The notes under the pieces are model-generated. The model ran no database searches, was not told where the DNA came from, and saw nothing but the letters and a program-made list of their open reading frames with translations. From assembly GCA_963836235.1 (NCBI GenBank), contig CAWIIP010000002.1, positions 1,312,001-1,376,000 on the forward strand: a DNA stretch of 64,000 nt, read 5' to 3'. This DNA is from an uncultured Pseudomonadota bacterium (GTDB lineage: Bacteria; Oederibacteriota; Muellerivitia; Muellerivitales; Muellerivitaceae). A program made the translations under genes and the position numbers. Shown piece after piece: positions 42,234 to 51,163 of the stretch (its first letter is position 1; the number at the start of each line of letters is the position of its first letter).

Positions 42234-42268
42234 AGCTAATAGCCATCAGCTGCCAGCTAATGGCCGAT
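42234..42268. repeat. Degenerate heptamer tandem repeat (5 units)
   Basis: AGCTAAT AGCCATC AGCTGCC AGCTAAT GGCCGAT. Confidence 0.55.
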
Positions 42269-42270
42269 TT

Positions 42271-42918
42271 TCAAGGCGCTAATCTTTCCCTCTTCCAAGC
42301 CGCTTTTCCTTTTCGCCGGTAAACCAGCCGGTCATGCAGGCGGTTGGGCCTTCCCTTCCAAAACTCGATGCTTTCCGGTGTCACCCGGTACCCTCCCCAA
42401 TGGGCTGGCCGGGGAATCAATTGGCCTTCATATTTCTTTTCAAGGGCTTTCATCTTTTTTTCCAAGAGTTCGCGGTTTCCAATGGCCCGGCTTTGGTCCG
42501 AGGCCCAGGCGCCCAACTGGCTTCCCCGGGGCCGGGTTTGAAAATACTCATCCGATTCCCAATCGGGTACCTTCTTGACCGGCCCGTCAATGCGGATTTG
42601 GCGGCTCAATTGCGGCCAGAAAAACAAAAGGCTGGCTACCGGCCTCGCGGCCAAGTCCCTGCCCTTATGGCTTTGGTAATTGGTGTAAAAGATGAAACCA
42701 TGGAGGTCATAACCCTTTAAAAGCACGGTCCTTATCGAGGGTTTTCCAGCGGAGGATACGGTGGCCAAGGCCATGGCGTTGGCGTCCAGGGCCTTTACCT
42801 TGAGGGCTTCCTGGAACCACTTCTCGAAAAGAAGATAAGGATTGGCGGGTGCGCCCATCTCAAGGAGCCCGCGGTTTCGGTATTCACGGCGCAGGTGGGC
42901 GATGGACTGGCTTTTCAT
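42271..42918 (-). CDS. pdxH: Pyridoxamine 5'-phosphate oxidase
   Basis: RTVLLK, FYTNYQS, EFWKGRPNRLHDR, RLAP. Confidence 0.95.
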   Translation of the reverse strand: MKSQSIAHLRREYRNRGLLEMGAPANPYLLFEKWFQEALKVKALDANAMALATVSSAGKPSIRTVLLKGYDLHGFIFYTNYQSHKGRDLAARPVASLLFFWPQLSRQIRIDGPVKKVPDWESDEYFQTRPRGSQLGAWASDQSRAIGNRELLEKKMKALEKKYEGQLIPRPAHWGGYRVTPESIEFWKGRPNRLHDRLVYRRKGKAAWKRERLAP

Positions 42919-43084
42919 GCTCTTAATTTCTCATAAATACAGTTGAATTTAAATATATTCGGCTAACGAGTCCTGCTTGTGGTGAATATGTTATATCTTC
43001 TACAATACGACTCCTTTTGATAGGGAGATTATCGCTGTTTTACAATTCATAGCCGCCCTTTTGCGGCAAATAGGTCTTCGATCC

Positions 43085-43125
43085 GGAGAGATGGCAGAGT
43101 GGTCGAATGCGTCTGACTCGAAATC
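43085..43125 (+). repeat. attL: 5' half of tRNA-Ser (truncated host copy)
   Basis: 40/41 nt identical to 62991-63031; identity ends just after the anticodon loop. Confidence 0.92.
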
Positions 43126-43321
43126 TTTCCAGATGATTTTTTTGTTTTTGAAGTCGTAAGTCGTAAAAATTTATTGTCCCCATCAGCATTAAATTGGCCT
43201 TTGCCTGTAATGGTTTTAACACCAAAACGGGCCGAGGCCTTTTTTTTGAATTACCGGACAATACCGGTTAGTGGCCGTCAAAACCGGTAAAAACCGAATT
43301 CGAATGACACGTATATGACAC
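43120..43321 (+). repeat. Island left-end arm, copy 1
   Basis: Homologous to 56587-56788; 85 bp identical (43173-43257 = 56640-56724). Confidence 0.92.
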
Positions 43322-43436
43322 CAAATGACATAGGAAGGGTCACCAGATTTTGAGCCAAAGAAAGCCTAATGATCTTTTTAATTATTATCTGACTCTAAAA
43401 TAAGCCATTTCCTCCTTCGCGAAATTTTGACAAAGC

Positions 43437-43450
43437 GTGAGATAAGTCAC
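43437..43450. promoter_or_regulatory. Crp/Fnr (HcpR-like) box
   Basis: GTGA-GATAAG-TCAC upstream of 43505 gene. Confidence 0.7.
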
Positions 43451-43504
43451 ATCGATAAATCGCTAATTGAAGCATTCTAAAACTACAAAAGTTTAGGAGT
43501 TTAA

Positions 43505-44575
43505 ATGGGTCAAATTTCCAAGCGAATTCCCCTCGCCGTCTCGGCCTTAATAACCCTTTTTCTCGCCGTTTGGGGCGGGCTGTTGCGGTTGCAATGGCAT
43601 CTCCCAATACCCGAGGCCAATTGGATCTCTTTTCATGGCCCCTTAATGGTGAGCGGATTCTTTGGGACGATCATCGGACTTGCGCGGGCAAGCGTTCTTA
43701 AATCCAAAGTTGGTCTGTTAGTCCCTCTGGCGACCGCTCTAGGTGCCTGGACCCTTCTTTTAGGTGGCCCGGAAAACTGGGGAGCCCTTTTGTTCCTCGC
43801 CGCCAGCCTGGGTTATCTTTTGGTTTCTATCGCTTTTTTCTGGAAACAACCGGCTTATGCCGCCGCCTTGGCGCTAGCGGGTGGATGTGGATGGGCTTGG
43901 GCCAATTTCTTTTGGTGGCATGGGGAACCTATTCCCCACGTGATGAACGGTTGGCAAATTCTATTTGTCCTGACCATCGCTTCTGAAAGATTGGAAGCCG
44001 TCCATTGGAAATCAACGATTGGTCGGACACTGGCCCTTATGACGGCCTCTGGTTTACTGATGGCCGGTGTGGGCTTGCAACCCTTTCAGCCACCCCTAGG
44101 GGTCCGAATGGTTGCGGCGGGGTTCCTTCTTCTGGCCACGTGTTTATTGGTTTTCGACAGAGGGTGGAACAGCGAAAAAACAGAAGGTTGGAAAGGCTTC
44201 ACCAAGGCTTGCCTGATCTCGGCCTATGCCTGGCTTCTTGTAGGTGGATTAGTCGGGTTTATAACCGCCCCGGTGGATTCGGGTTTCGCTTACGACGCCT
44301 TCCTGCATTGCATTTTCCTGGGGTTGGTATTTTCCATGGTCTTCAGCCATGCCCCTCTTCTATTGCCCCGTGTCTTGAGAACACCAGTTCCTTTCCATTC
44401 GTTCTTTTATGCCCACTGGCTACTTTTACAGATTTCCCTCGTGGCAAGGGTAGGTGGTGACGCATTTGAATCCACCCCTTGGCGCCGATGGGGTGCGTTG
44501 CTAAACGCCTTGGCTCTTTTACTGTTTATCCTCAATACCGCGATTGCCGTGTACCGGGGCAAACGTTCAAATTAA
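43505..44575 (+). CDS. NnrS-like multi-TM protein of NO-stress clusters
   Basis: HGPLMVSGFFGTII, LTIASERLE, YDAFLH, MVFSHAP; context. Confidence 0.65.
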   Translation: MGQISKRIPLAVSALITLFLAVWGGLLRLQWHLPIPEANWISFHGPLMVSGFFGTIIGLARASVLKSKVGLLVPLATALGAWTLLLGGPENWGALLFLAASLGYLLVSIAFFWKQPAYAAALALAGGCGWAWANFFWWHGEPIPHVMNGWQILFVLTIASERLEAVHWKSTIGRTLALMTASGLLMAGVGLQPFQPPLGVRMVAAGFLLLATCLLVFDRGWNSEKTEGWKGFTKACLISAYAWLLVGGLVGFITAPVDSGFAYDAFLHCIFLGLVFSMVFSHAPLLLPRVLRTPVPFHSFFYAHWLLLQISLVARVGGDAFESTPWRRWGALLNALALLLFILNTAIAVYRGKRSN

Positions 44576-44922
44576 GCCTGATTTGACTTTAAATATTTTT
44601 GAAGGACCACAGCGTTGTTGTGATCGGCATCCTTGGCGGCAAATAAAAGTGTCAATGTGCCTCTCTTGGCAGCCTCGAAAAGGGGTTTGAGCGCCTCCCG
44701 CTGGGCAGCCAGTTCCCGGCCATACCTTTTTTGGAATTCCTTCCATTTCTTAGGATCATGATTGAACCATTTCCTTAACCTTGCGCTAGGAGTGACGTCC
44801 CTGGTCCAACCCGACAATCCAGCTTTTTTCTTTTTTATTCCCCTGGGCCAAAGCCGGTCCACTAAATAGCGTTTTCCATCTTTGATTTGAGGCTTCAAAT
44901 AAATCCGTTTGATTTGAATCAT
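44572..44922 (-). CDS. DUF488/YeaO family protein
   Basis: IQIKRIY, LVDRLWPRG, LRKWFNHDP, HNNAVVL. Confidence 0.9.
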   Translation of the reverse strand: MIQIKRIYLKPQIKDGKRYLVDRLWPRGIKKKKAGLSGWTRDVTPSARLRKWFNHDPKKWKEFQKRYGRELAAQREALKPLFEAAKRGTLTLLFAAKDADHNNAVVLQKYLKSNQA

Positions 44923-44987
44923 GTCCGAATTCCCTACTTGATTGATTCCATTCAAAATTCGTCCAGCGGGTAACTTTATTTGGCCCG

Positions 44988-45653
44988 TCACGCTTTGGCC
45001 GGTATAGATGCTTTAGGGGATTGCTGGATACCATAAAGATGACCGCAAGAAGGGCACCGGATGGCCTTCATTTCGGAAGGAATATGCAGACTGTAAACTC
45101 CGGAGCAGGCCGGACAGACGGCCTTTAATCCAATAGGCCTGGCTGTTGAATCGTCGAAAAAAGCGAACCCCGTGGAGGGATCAAAGAATGATCCTTCTTC
45201 TGTCGGAGTCAGCGGTTTTAATAAGGCCTCGGGCAAGACGGGCCCAGCAGCTTTTGGTTTTTCGTAAGTTTCGGCAAACTTCGTGACGTAATCGCACCAG
45301 GCATTGGTAATGTAATAAGCTACATAATGCCCAAGGTTGGGGATCAAAACAGGGACGCGTTTCAAATCCTCGCAATGCTCAAAAACCCAAATATCTTTCT
45401 CTTTAGCAAGGGTGGTAGCCCAAGGGAACCAGTTCTTGGCTTGCGAGGAAACTTCCTCATCCTTACTGAGGACGAAAAACAAGGCGTCCGACTCTAGAAT
45501 TTCCCTTTGGATTCTATCCTTTGAGGCAGGCCCTCCCACGAGGTCCTTATAGGTTACCCAAACCGTTTTAACCGCCACCGCACGGAATACCTTGGAGAAA
45601 AACACTTCAAAGCGCTCATCCATAGAACCATGAACAATGAGTATTTGACGCAT
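44988..45653 (-). CDS. TIR-like domain plus C-terminal zinc ribbon
   Basis: ILIVH..IQREILESDALFFVLS alpha/beta pattern; CPAC..CPSC. Confidence 0.5.
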   Translation of the reverse strand: MRQILIVHGSMDERFEVFFSKVFRAVAVKTVWVTYKDLVGGPASKDRIQREILESDALFFVLSKDEEVSSQAKNWFPWATTLAKEKDIWVFEHCEDLKRVPVLIPNLGHYVAYYITNAWCDYVTKFAETYEKPKAAGPVLPEALLKPLTPTEEGSFFDPSTGFAFFDDSTARPIGLKAVCPACSGVYSLHIPSEMKAIRCPSCGHLYGIQQSPKASIPAKA

Positions 45654-45677
45654 GACCCTACCTTTCTTGGTTAAGGC

Positions 45678-46025
45678 TTAAGACCGAATCATTGTGAGAA
45701 TCATTTTGAACCGCTTCAACGCCTTAAGGGCGTGCGGCTGTTTCGCTGGCATCAGAATTATCTCGCCGGAATGCAGGTGATAAGGCTTGCCCGCAATGCT
45801 TATTTCCACCTCGCCTTCCAATGCCTGTACGAGCGCGTCGAATGGGGCTGTGTGTTCACTCAACCCTTGTCCCTCATCGAATGCAAAAATCGTTACGGTT
45901 CCAGTCGTTTTCTTGACAATTTCCCGGCTGACAACGGAACCTTCCTGGTAGTTCACTAACTCGGCGGCCTTCGCGACTTCAGCGCCTGGAAGGCCTTTTG
46001 TTTTAGGCGGGATTTCCGGTTGCAT
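45678..46025 (-). CDS. Cupin domain protein
   Basis: FAFDEGQGLSEHTAPFDA, MPAKQPHAL. Confidence 0.9.
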   Translation of the reverse strand: MQPEIPPKTKGLPGAEVAKAAELVNYQEGSVVSREIVKKTTGTVTIFAFDEGQGLSEHTAPFDALVQALEGEVEISIAGKPYHLHSGEIILMPAKQPHALKALKRFKMILTMIRS

Positions 46026-46035
46026 GATGCCTTCC

Positions 46036-46494
46036 TTAATTTTTAAACGCGGGAATTTTGGGCCAATCATGGATGTTGAATTGAATTTCAGTCTCCACCC
46101 ACTCTTTTTCTGCCTGTGTGAATTGGTCCTCGATTTCCTTGAACAACTTATCTTCCTCGAAATAAATGTGTTGGATGAGTTTTTCAGCGAACAATTTTAA
46201 CGATTTCAAATTTCTCGTTTTTAACAGTTGGTTTAACTCCTTATGCTCCCGCCGGGACCGGGCCAATAATGGATCATCAGAACCCTTATGGAAAGCGAGT
46301 TGATCTAACATCTTCTCTTCCACACCGATATGCGCTTCCAAGTCCGACTTGAAGAATCTTTCAGCTTTTCGCTTCAATTCCTCCAGTTCCTTCTTCGAAG
46401 GTTTTTTTTCCAACATCCTTTGAAGCGTTTTGGCCGTCATCAATCCGAAATGGTGGGCATGGGTTATAGGCCACAGGAATTTTTCACGTTTCAT
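46036..46494 (-). CDS. Hemerythrin/HHE domain protein
   Basis: HH, HIGVEE, EH, HIYFEE. Confidence 0.8.
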   Translation of the reverse strand: MKREKFLWPITHAHHFGLMTAKTLQRMLEKKPSKKELEELKRKAERFFKSDLEAHIGVEEKMLDQLAFHKGSDDPLLARSRREHKELNQLLKTRNLKSLKLFAEKLIQHIYFEEDKLFKEIEDQFTQAEKEWVETEIQFNIHDWPKIPAFKN

Positions 46495-46544
46495 GTCTTC
46501 CTCCTTGATTTAGTTTTTCAGTATTCTCGTTTATCTTCAAAATT

Positions 46545-47291
46545 TCAATCCAACCAGCCGTTATGAATGGACTTCTGGAAAAGAACATTGTTTTCCTTGT
46601 GGACGTGTTGATGCAAATCGTCCTCCAAATCCTTCAATCCTAAGTAAAGTGCTTTGTAAGACCGGCAGGCGTCGGCAGGAGCGGTGAGATCGTTTGTGAT
46701 CTTATGGATCTCAATCCATTCCTCTCCCGTCATGCCGTGTTCCCACATCAGGATTTTTAAAGGATGATTCTCCAAAGGCCCCCCTTCGAAAGGATTGGGA
46801 ATACCTTCTTTTTTGCCGTTTGCCTCTTCCAGGGCCTTCAGATAGGGGAAAACTTGCTCTTCTTCCTTCGCCATGTGTCCTTCCATCTCCTCGGACATTT
46901 CATTGATGATCTCCTCCAATCGGCAAAGTTCGGAATGGTTGCCGCCATGAACTCCCTCGACCTTTTGCGAAAGAGCCTTTAGGCGGCTTAGTTGGGTTCG
47001 TGTAAAAGCATGATGCTTTCCCAGGATATGGTCGATCAATTCGGCCATAGTTTGGGTCTTCCAATCGGGTAATACCTCCTCCTGATTCGATTCGGCCTCA
47101 AGCCTCTCTAAATCCGAAACAACCTTCTCTACCGGAACGCCCACTAACGAACAGGCCTCCCTCAATGACCGGGCTCCCCCACAGCAGTAATCGATTTTCA
47201 AACCCTCAAAAAGTGGTATAGTCCTCGGAAATTCGGAAGCGATATCCCCCACCGTTTTGTCGGCCTCGAATTTTTTGGTTTCTGTTTTCAT
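46545..47291 (-). CDS. ric: Iron-sulfur cluster repair di-iron protein (Ric/YtfE/ScdA)
   Basis: IDYCCGG, HH, HMAKEE, EH, HVHKENN. Confidence 0.93.
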   Translation of the reverse strand: MKTETKKFEADKTVGDIASEFPRTIPLFEGLKIDYCCGGARSLREACSLVGVPVEKVVSDLERLEAESNQEEVLPDWKTQTMAELIDHILGKHHAFTRTQLSRLKALSQKVEGVHGGNHSELCRLEEIINEMSEEMEGHMAKEEEQVFPYLKALEEANGKKEGIPNPFEGGPLENHPLKILMWEHGMTGEEWIEIHKITNDLTAPADACRSYKALYLGLKDLEDDLHQHVHKENNVLFQKSIHNGWLD

Positions 47292-47351
47292 TTTGAATCT
47301 CCTTGTGTCCTTCTTACGGTTTCAATTTAAGCCCCAAGGGTTCTTGACGCC

Positions 47352-47365
47352 GTGACTCAAGTCAC
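47352..47365. promoter_or_regulatory. Crp/Fnr (HcpR-like) box
   Basis: GTGA-CTCAAG-TCAC between divergent ric and regulator. Confidence 0.75.
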
Positions 47366-47415
47366 TAAAAGACCCTATTCTTGAGGAAACCCTTCTCCAA
47401 CGATATGATGGGCAA

Positions 47416-48084
47416 ATGGATAAGATTGCTTCCTTGAAAAAAACGGAAATGTTTGGCTCTCTCGGGCCGGATGAACTGGGCGTTATTGCTGGTGTTTGTG
47501 TGGAAAAGAGGCTGAAAAAAGGGGAGGTTCTCTTCATATCCGGGGATAAGGCCAGAGGCCTTTATGTCATCGCCAAGGGTTCCTTAAGGGCCTATCGGGA
47601 TAACACTGAAGGGCGGGAGCAAATCATCCACTTGGAAAAGGCCGGAACCACCATCGCCGAAGTACCTACCTTTGATGATGAACCTTATCCCTCTTCAGTC
47701 CGTGCCGAGGAAGAAAGCGAAGTGCTTTTCATCTCCAGGGAGGATGTCAAAAGGCTTTGCTTGAGACACCCCGCTATCGCCCTTTCCGCCTTGAAGCTGA
47801 TGGCTTCCCGTCTTCGTAAAACAGCGGCCCTTGTTGAATCCCTTTCCCTAAAGGAAGTCGATCAACGTTTAGCAGCCTTTTTGTTGCAGGAATTCAGGGA
47901 TAAAAAATTAAAAAAACTAAAATTGCCGCCCATTTCCGTCATTGCCGCGCGGCTGGGGTCGGTTCGGGAAGTCGTTTCAAGGGCTTTAGCCAAGCTTGAA
48001 AAGGGAGGGTTCATTTCGATTGATAAACAACGAAACGCAAGCCTAACCAATGTTAAAGGTTTGGAAGTTTTTTTAAAAAAATAA
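47416..48084 (+). CDS. Crp/Fnr family regulator (DNR/HcpR-like, no FNR Cys cluster)
   Basis: cNMP domain plus HTH IAARLGSVREVVSR. Confidence 0.92.
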   Translation: MDKIASLKKTEMFGSLGPDELGVIAGVCVEKRLKKGEVLFISGDKARGLYVIAKGSLRAYRDNTEGREQIIHLEKAGTTIAEVPTFDDEPYPSSVRAEEESEVLFISREDVKRLCLRHPAIALSALKLMASRLRKTAALVESLSLKEVDQRLAAFLLQEFRDKKLKKLKLPPISVIAARLGSVREVVSRALAKLEKGGFISIDKQRNASLTNVKGLEVFLKK

Positions 48085-48101
48085 AATGGGAAGACTCCAA
48101 T

Positions 48102-48587
48102 TTATTTATCGGTTGGTTTTTCGGTCAAGCGGTGGGGGACATGAGTCTCGGCAGGTTTGTAAGGAAGTAACTTTTTCGTCTCACGGTCTTTTTCTTCCTC
48201 AGTCAGGGTTTTTTCCACTCTGGGGAAAAAAACATCCTCCTCAAAACGGATATGGGCGGTAAGAGTATCGGCAAAGAGTTGAAGATCTTTTTGGGTCACT
48301 GACGTTGATAAGGCTCGGATGGTTTGATGGTCTTGCAATATTTTTTTAATGTCCGAATCATCCGATCCTACATGATTTTCAAAAACCTTTAGGAGTTCTT
48401 CCTCTTCCCCGCGAAAATGCGGTTCTAAATCTCTAGCAAAAAGGCCCGAGATTTCTTGGCTCAAGACAACTAGGGTATTTTTTTCACCTTCGTTCAGCTT
48501 GGAAAGGCGGTCTCGGATATTCCGGGCCGCCACCAGCGCCCCATGGTGTCCTTGGGTCAACGGCCAAAGAAATTTTTCACGTTTCAA
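48102..48587 (-). CDS. Hemerythrin/HHE domain protein
   Basis: HH, HFRGEE, DH, HIRFEE. Confidence 0.82.
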   Translation of the reverse strand: MKREKFLWPLTQGHHGALVAARNIRDRLSKLNEGEKNTLVVLSQEISGLFARDLEPHFRGEEEELLKVFENHVGSDDSDIKKILQDHQTIRALSTSVTQKDLQLFADTLTAHIRFEEDVFFPRVEKTLTEEEKDRETKKLLPYKPAETHVPHRLTEKPTDK

Positions 48588-48621
48588 GATTCAGGACCCT
48601 TTTTCCCCTAACGTTTCTTCG

Positions 48622-50883
48622 TCATTCCGGATTGGCGTCCGGTTTTCTCAAATAAAACATCGATCTAACCGTGAAGTAGAGAAGAGGCAAAACTCCGCCA
48701 ACGACGAAAGTTAGGTCGCCTGCCATCCTGGCCCAAGTAAGTTTTTGGACGATGGGTTGGCTCCAGAAATCCACGCTTCGGGCAAACCAGTAGCCTCGCG
48801 TGTAACTCTGGACCATCTCCAAAATCCCCACCGGGAAAATATCCAGTAATAGCATCATCATCAGGCCGATTTGCAGGGACCAAAAGGAGATTTTTAATAA
48901 ACGGTTGGACCAGTGCTCAGGCTTGACCAGGAACCGCAGGACGAACACTAAGGCAGCGATGGCCAGGTTGCCGTAAACCCCCATCAAGGCCGCATGGGCG
49001 TGATTTGGCGTTAAGTAGGTGGCGTGTTCGTAGTAGCTGACAATAGGCAGGTTGATAAGGAAACCAAATATTCCGGCTCCTACGAAGTTCCAAAAGCCGA
49101 CCGCAATCAGGAACATAATCGCCCAGTAATGGGCGAAAAATCCGTCCGATTCCTTCGTGCCTGCCTCCCCTCTCCTGAGCTTGGCGAAGTCATAAGCCTC
49201 AAGGGTCAAGAGCAATAAAGGAACCACTTCCATGGCCGAGAAGAAGGCTCCCAAGGCCAGATTGATGGCTGGTTGGGCAGTCCAGTAATAATGATGGCCC
49301 GTACCGATGAGTCCCGATCCCAAATAAAGGATTATATCCAAGTAAACCACCCGGACAGCGGTTTTGGTTGTCACTAAACCAAGGATAACGAAGAAGTACG
49401 CCACTACGATGGTAGTGAATAGTTCAAAGAAATTTTCCACCCACAAATGAACCACCCACCAACGCCAAAAATCGGCGATAGCGAAATTAGTTCTCGGGGT
49501 GTAAAGCAAACCCGCCGAGAACATCAAGGGAATAGCCAGGATGCCGTAAACGAGAAGGTAAGGCAAACTGCCCCAATCCTGCCCCTTAAGCCTTCCCCAA
49601 ACCGTTCGAAGCACCAACACTGCCCAAATACCCATGCCAGCGGTCAAAAGGATTTGCCAGAAGCGACCCAGTTCCAAATATTCCCAACCTTGATGCCCGA
49701 ACCAGAACCAATACTGTCCAAGCTTGGCCTTGATGCCCAAATATTCACCAACGATGGAACCAACCGCCACCAATACCACCGCGCCAAAGAGGACGTTCAC
49801 CCAGAAGGCTTGGTATTTAGGTTCTCTTTGGCCAATGAAGGGAGCGATGAATAATCCAGCCGCCAGCCAAGCAGTGGCGATCCAAAATATGGAAAGCTGT
49901 AAATGCCAGGTGCGGGTGATAGTGGTGGGCAGGATATCCCGGATATCTAATCCATAAAATCCCGTGGCTTCTACGAAATAGTGAGCCGTGAACACACCCA
50001 TGAGGGTTTGGAAAGAAAAAAGCAACGCCACAATGAGGAAATATTTATAAGTCGCCACCTGGCTGGGAGTGATTTTGAAATCTTTTAACGGAATGCTTTT
50101 CTTTATCGCGGGCTCATCCCCACCCCACCCTAAGTAATCGAAACGGCCAAAAAACAACAGGACCAAAGCGCATCCCCCCAACAAAGAGATCAATGAAAGG
50201 ACACTCCAAAGGAATACGGCTCTGGTAGGCCGGTTCCCGACAGCATCCTCAGGCGGCCAATTGTTGGTGTAACTGTAATTTTTTCCGGGTCTTTGGGTCG
50301 ATGCCGTCCAAGCGGTCCAGGCGAAGAAATCGGTGAGTTTTTGGACTTCATCCGTGGTTTTGATGTAATTTTTTGGAAGGCTGTGGTCTTCCCCACTGTT
50401 CATGAAAACATCAACGTAATGGGTAACCAGGGGAGGCCATGCTTGAGCCTGTTCTTGAGTAAGGGTTAAAGTCTGTGTGTTTTCATCGTATCGGTTGGTT
50501 TTCGCGTCCGAAATCACCATCTGACCGATTTTCGCTTTTTCACTTTCCGAAAGATTTCCATAAGGCTGTTTGAATTCCTCTTCGGCCTTCTCGTCGCGCT
50601 GAATCCAGGCCGAGCGGTGCATGTAGTCGTCCGTAAAATCGGGCCCACGATAGGCACCATGACCAAAGATAGAACCGTAATCCATAAGGCCGTATTGCTG
50701 GAAAACGGCTTGGCCTGTCAAGATATCCTCTCCGGTGAAAAGGACTTTTCCAGAAGCCTCAACCACCTTGGCGGGTATAGGAGGAGCGTTTTCGTAAACT
50801 TTTTTCCCCATGAACATCAAAACTGAAAATCCAATAATGACAACCAATACCGCCGCATGCCGCCAAGCTTTGGAAATTTCCAC
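48622..50883 (-). CDS. norB: Quinol-dependent nitric oxide reductase (qNor)
   Basis: GHGAYRGPD, RTWHLQ, HLWVE, GTGHHYYW, EVVP, HAHAALMGVYG. Confidence 0.93.
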   Translation of the reverse strand: MEISKAWRHAAVLVVIIGFSVLMFMGKKVYENAPPIPAKVVEASGKVLFTGEDILTGQAVFQQYGLMDYGSIFGHGAYRGPDFTDDYMHRSAWIQRDEKAEEEFKQPYGNLSESEKAKIGQMVISDAKTNRYDENTQTLTLTQEQAQAWPPLVTHYVDVFMNSGEDHSLPKNYIKTTDEVQKLTDFFAWTAWTASTQRPGKNYSYTNNWPPEDAVGNRPTRAVFLWSVLSLISLLGGCALVLLFFGRFDYLGWGGDEPAIKKSIPLKDFKITPSQVATYKYFLIVALLFSFQTLMGVFTAHYFVEATGFYGLDIRDILPTTITRTWHLQLSIFWIATAWLAAGLFIAPFIGQREPKYQAFWVNVLFGAVVLVAVGSIVGEYLGIKAKLGQYWFWFGHQGWEYLELGRFWQILLTAGMGIWAVLVLRTVWGRLKGQDWGSLPYLLVYGILAIPLMFSAGLLYTPRTNFAIADFWRWWVVHLWVENFFELFTTIVVAYFFVILGLVTTKTAVRVVYLDIILYLGSGLIGTGHHYYWTAQPAINLALGAFFSAMEVVPLLLLTLEAYDFAKLRRGEAGTKESDGFFAHYWAIMFLIAVGFWNFVGAGIFGFLINLPIVSYYEHATYLTPNHAHAALMGVYGNLAIAALVFVLRFLVKPEHWSNRLLKISFWSLQIGLMMMLLLDIFPVGILEMVQSYTRGYWFARSVDFWSQPIVQKLTWARMAGDLTFVVGGVLPLLYFTVRSMFYLRKPDANPE

Positions 50884-50947
50884 CAGCCGCCTCCCGCCAA
50901 GATATTAAAATTCGTATTCTTTTTAAGACATAATTCTCAACAATACT

Positions 50948-50961
50948 GTGACTTAAGTCAC
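50948..50961. promoter_or_regulatory. Crp/Fnr (HcpR-like) box
   Basis: Perfect palindrome GTGACTTAAGTCAC upstream of qNor. Confidence 0.78.
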
Positions 50962-51125
50962 CTTTAAATCCTATTGAAACCAATAATTAACTCAAAGGCT
51001 TTCAAAAATCCGCCGGGTTGATAAAGTTATGACGCCATACCTAGAGACGATCCAAGGTAATTAAGCCAAACGGAGTTTGTGAGGGCCCCTTTTAGACCCA
51101 ATCGGCTGATTTCTAGGTATAATTT

Positions 51126-51158
51126 ATCGGCAGTTTAACGGCAGTTCATCGGCGGAGG
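51126..51158 (+). repeat. Three 11-bp direct repeats (AWCGGC core) downstream of TATAAT
   Basis: ATCGGCAGTTT AACGGCAGTTC ATCGGCGGAGG; TATAAT at 51118-51123. Confidence 0.75.
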
Positions 51159-51163
51159 AAATT

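Noticed and set aside
43085-43160. Second intact or intron-split tRNA-Ser
   Set aside because: Identity stops after the anticodon loop; no T-arm or acceptor 3' strand follows, and the intervening DNA is an integrase island
48622-50883. qNor as NO dismutase or a novel enzyme because of HLWVENFFE
   Set aside because: Heme/non-heme iron His ligands and the conserved Glu residues appear intact; this position varies among ordinary qNors
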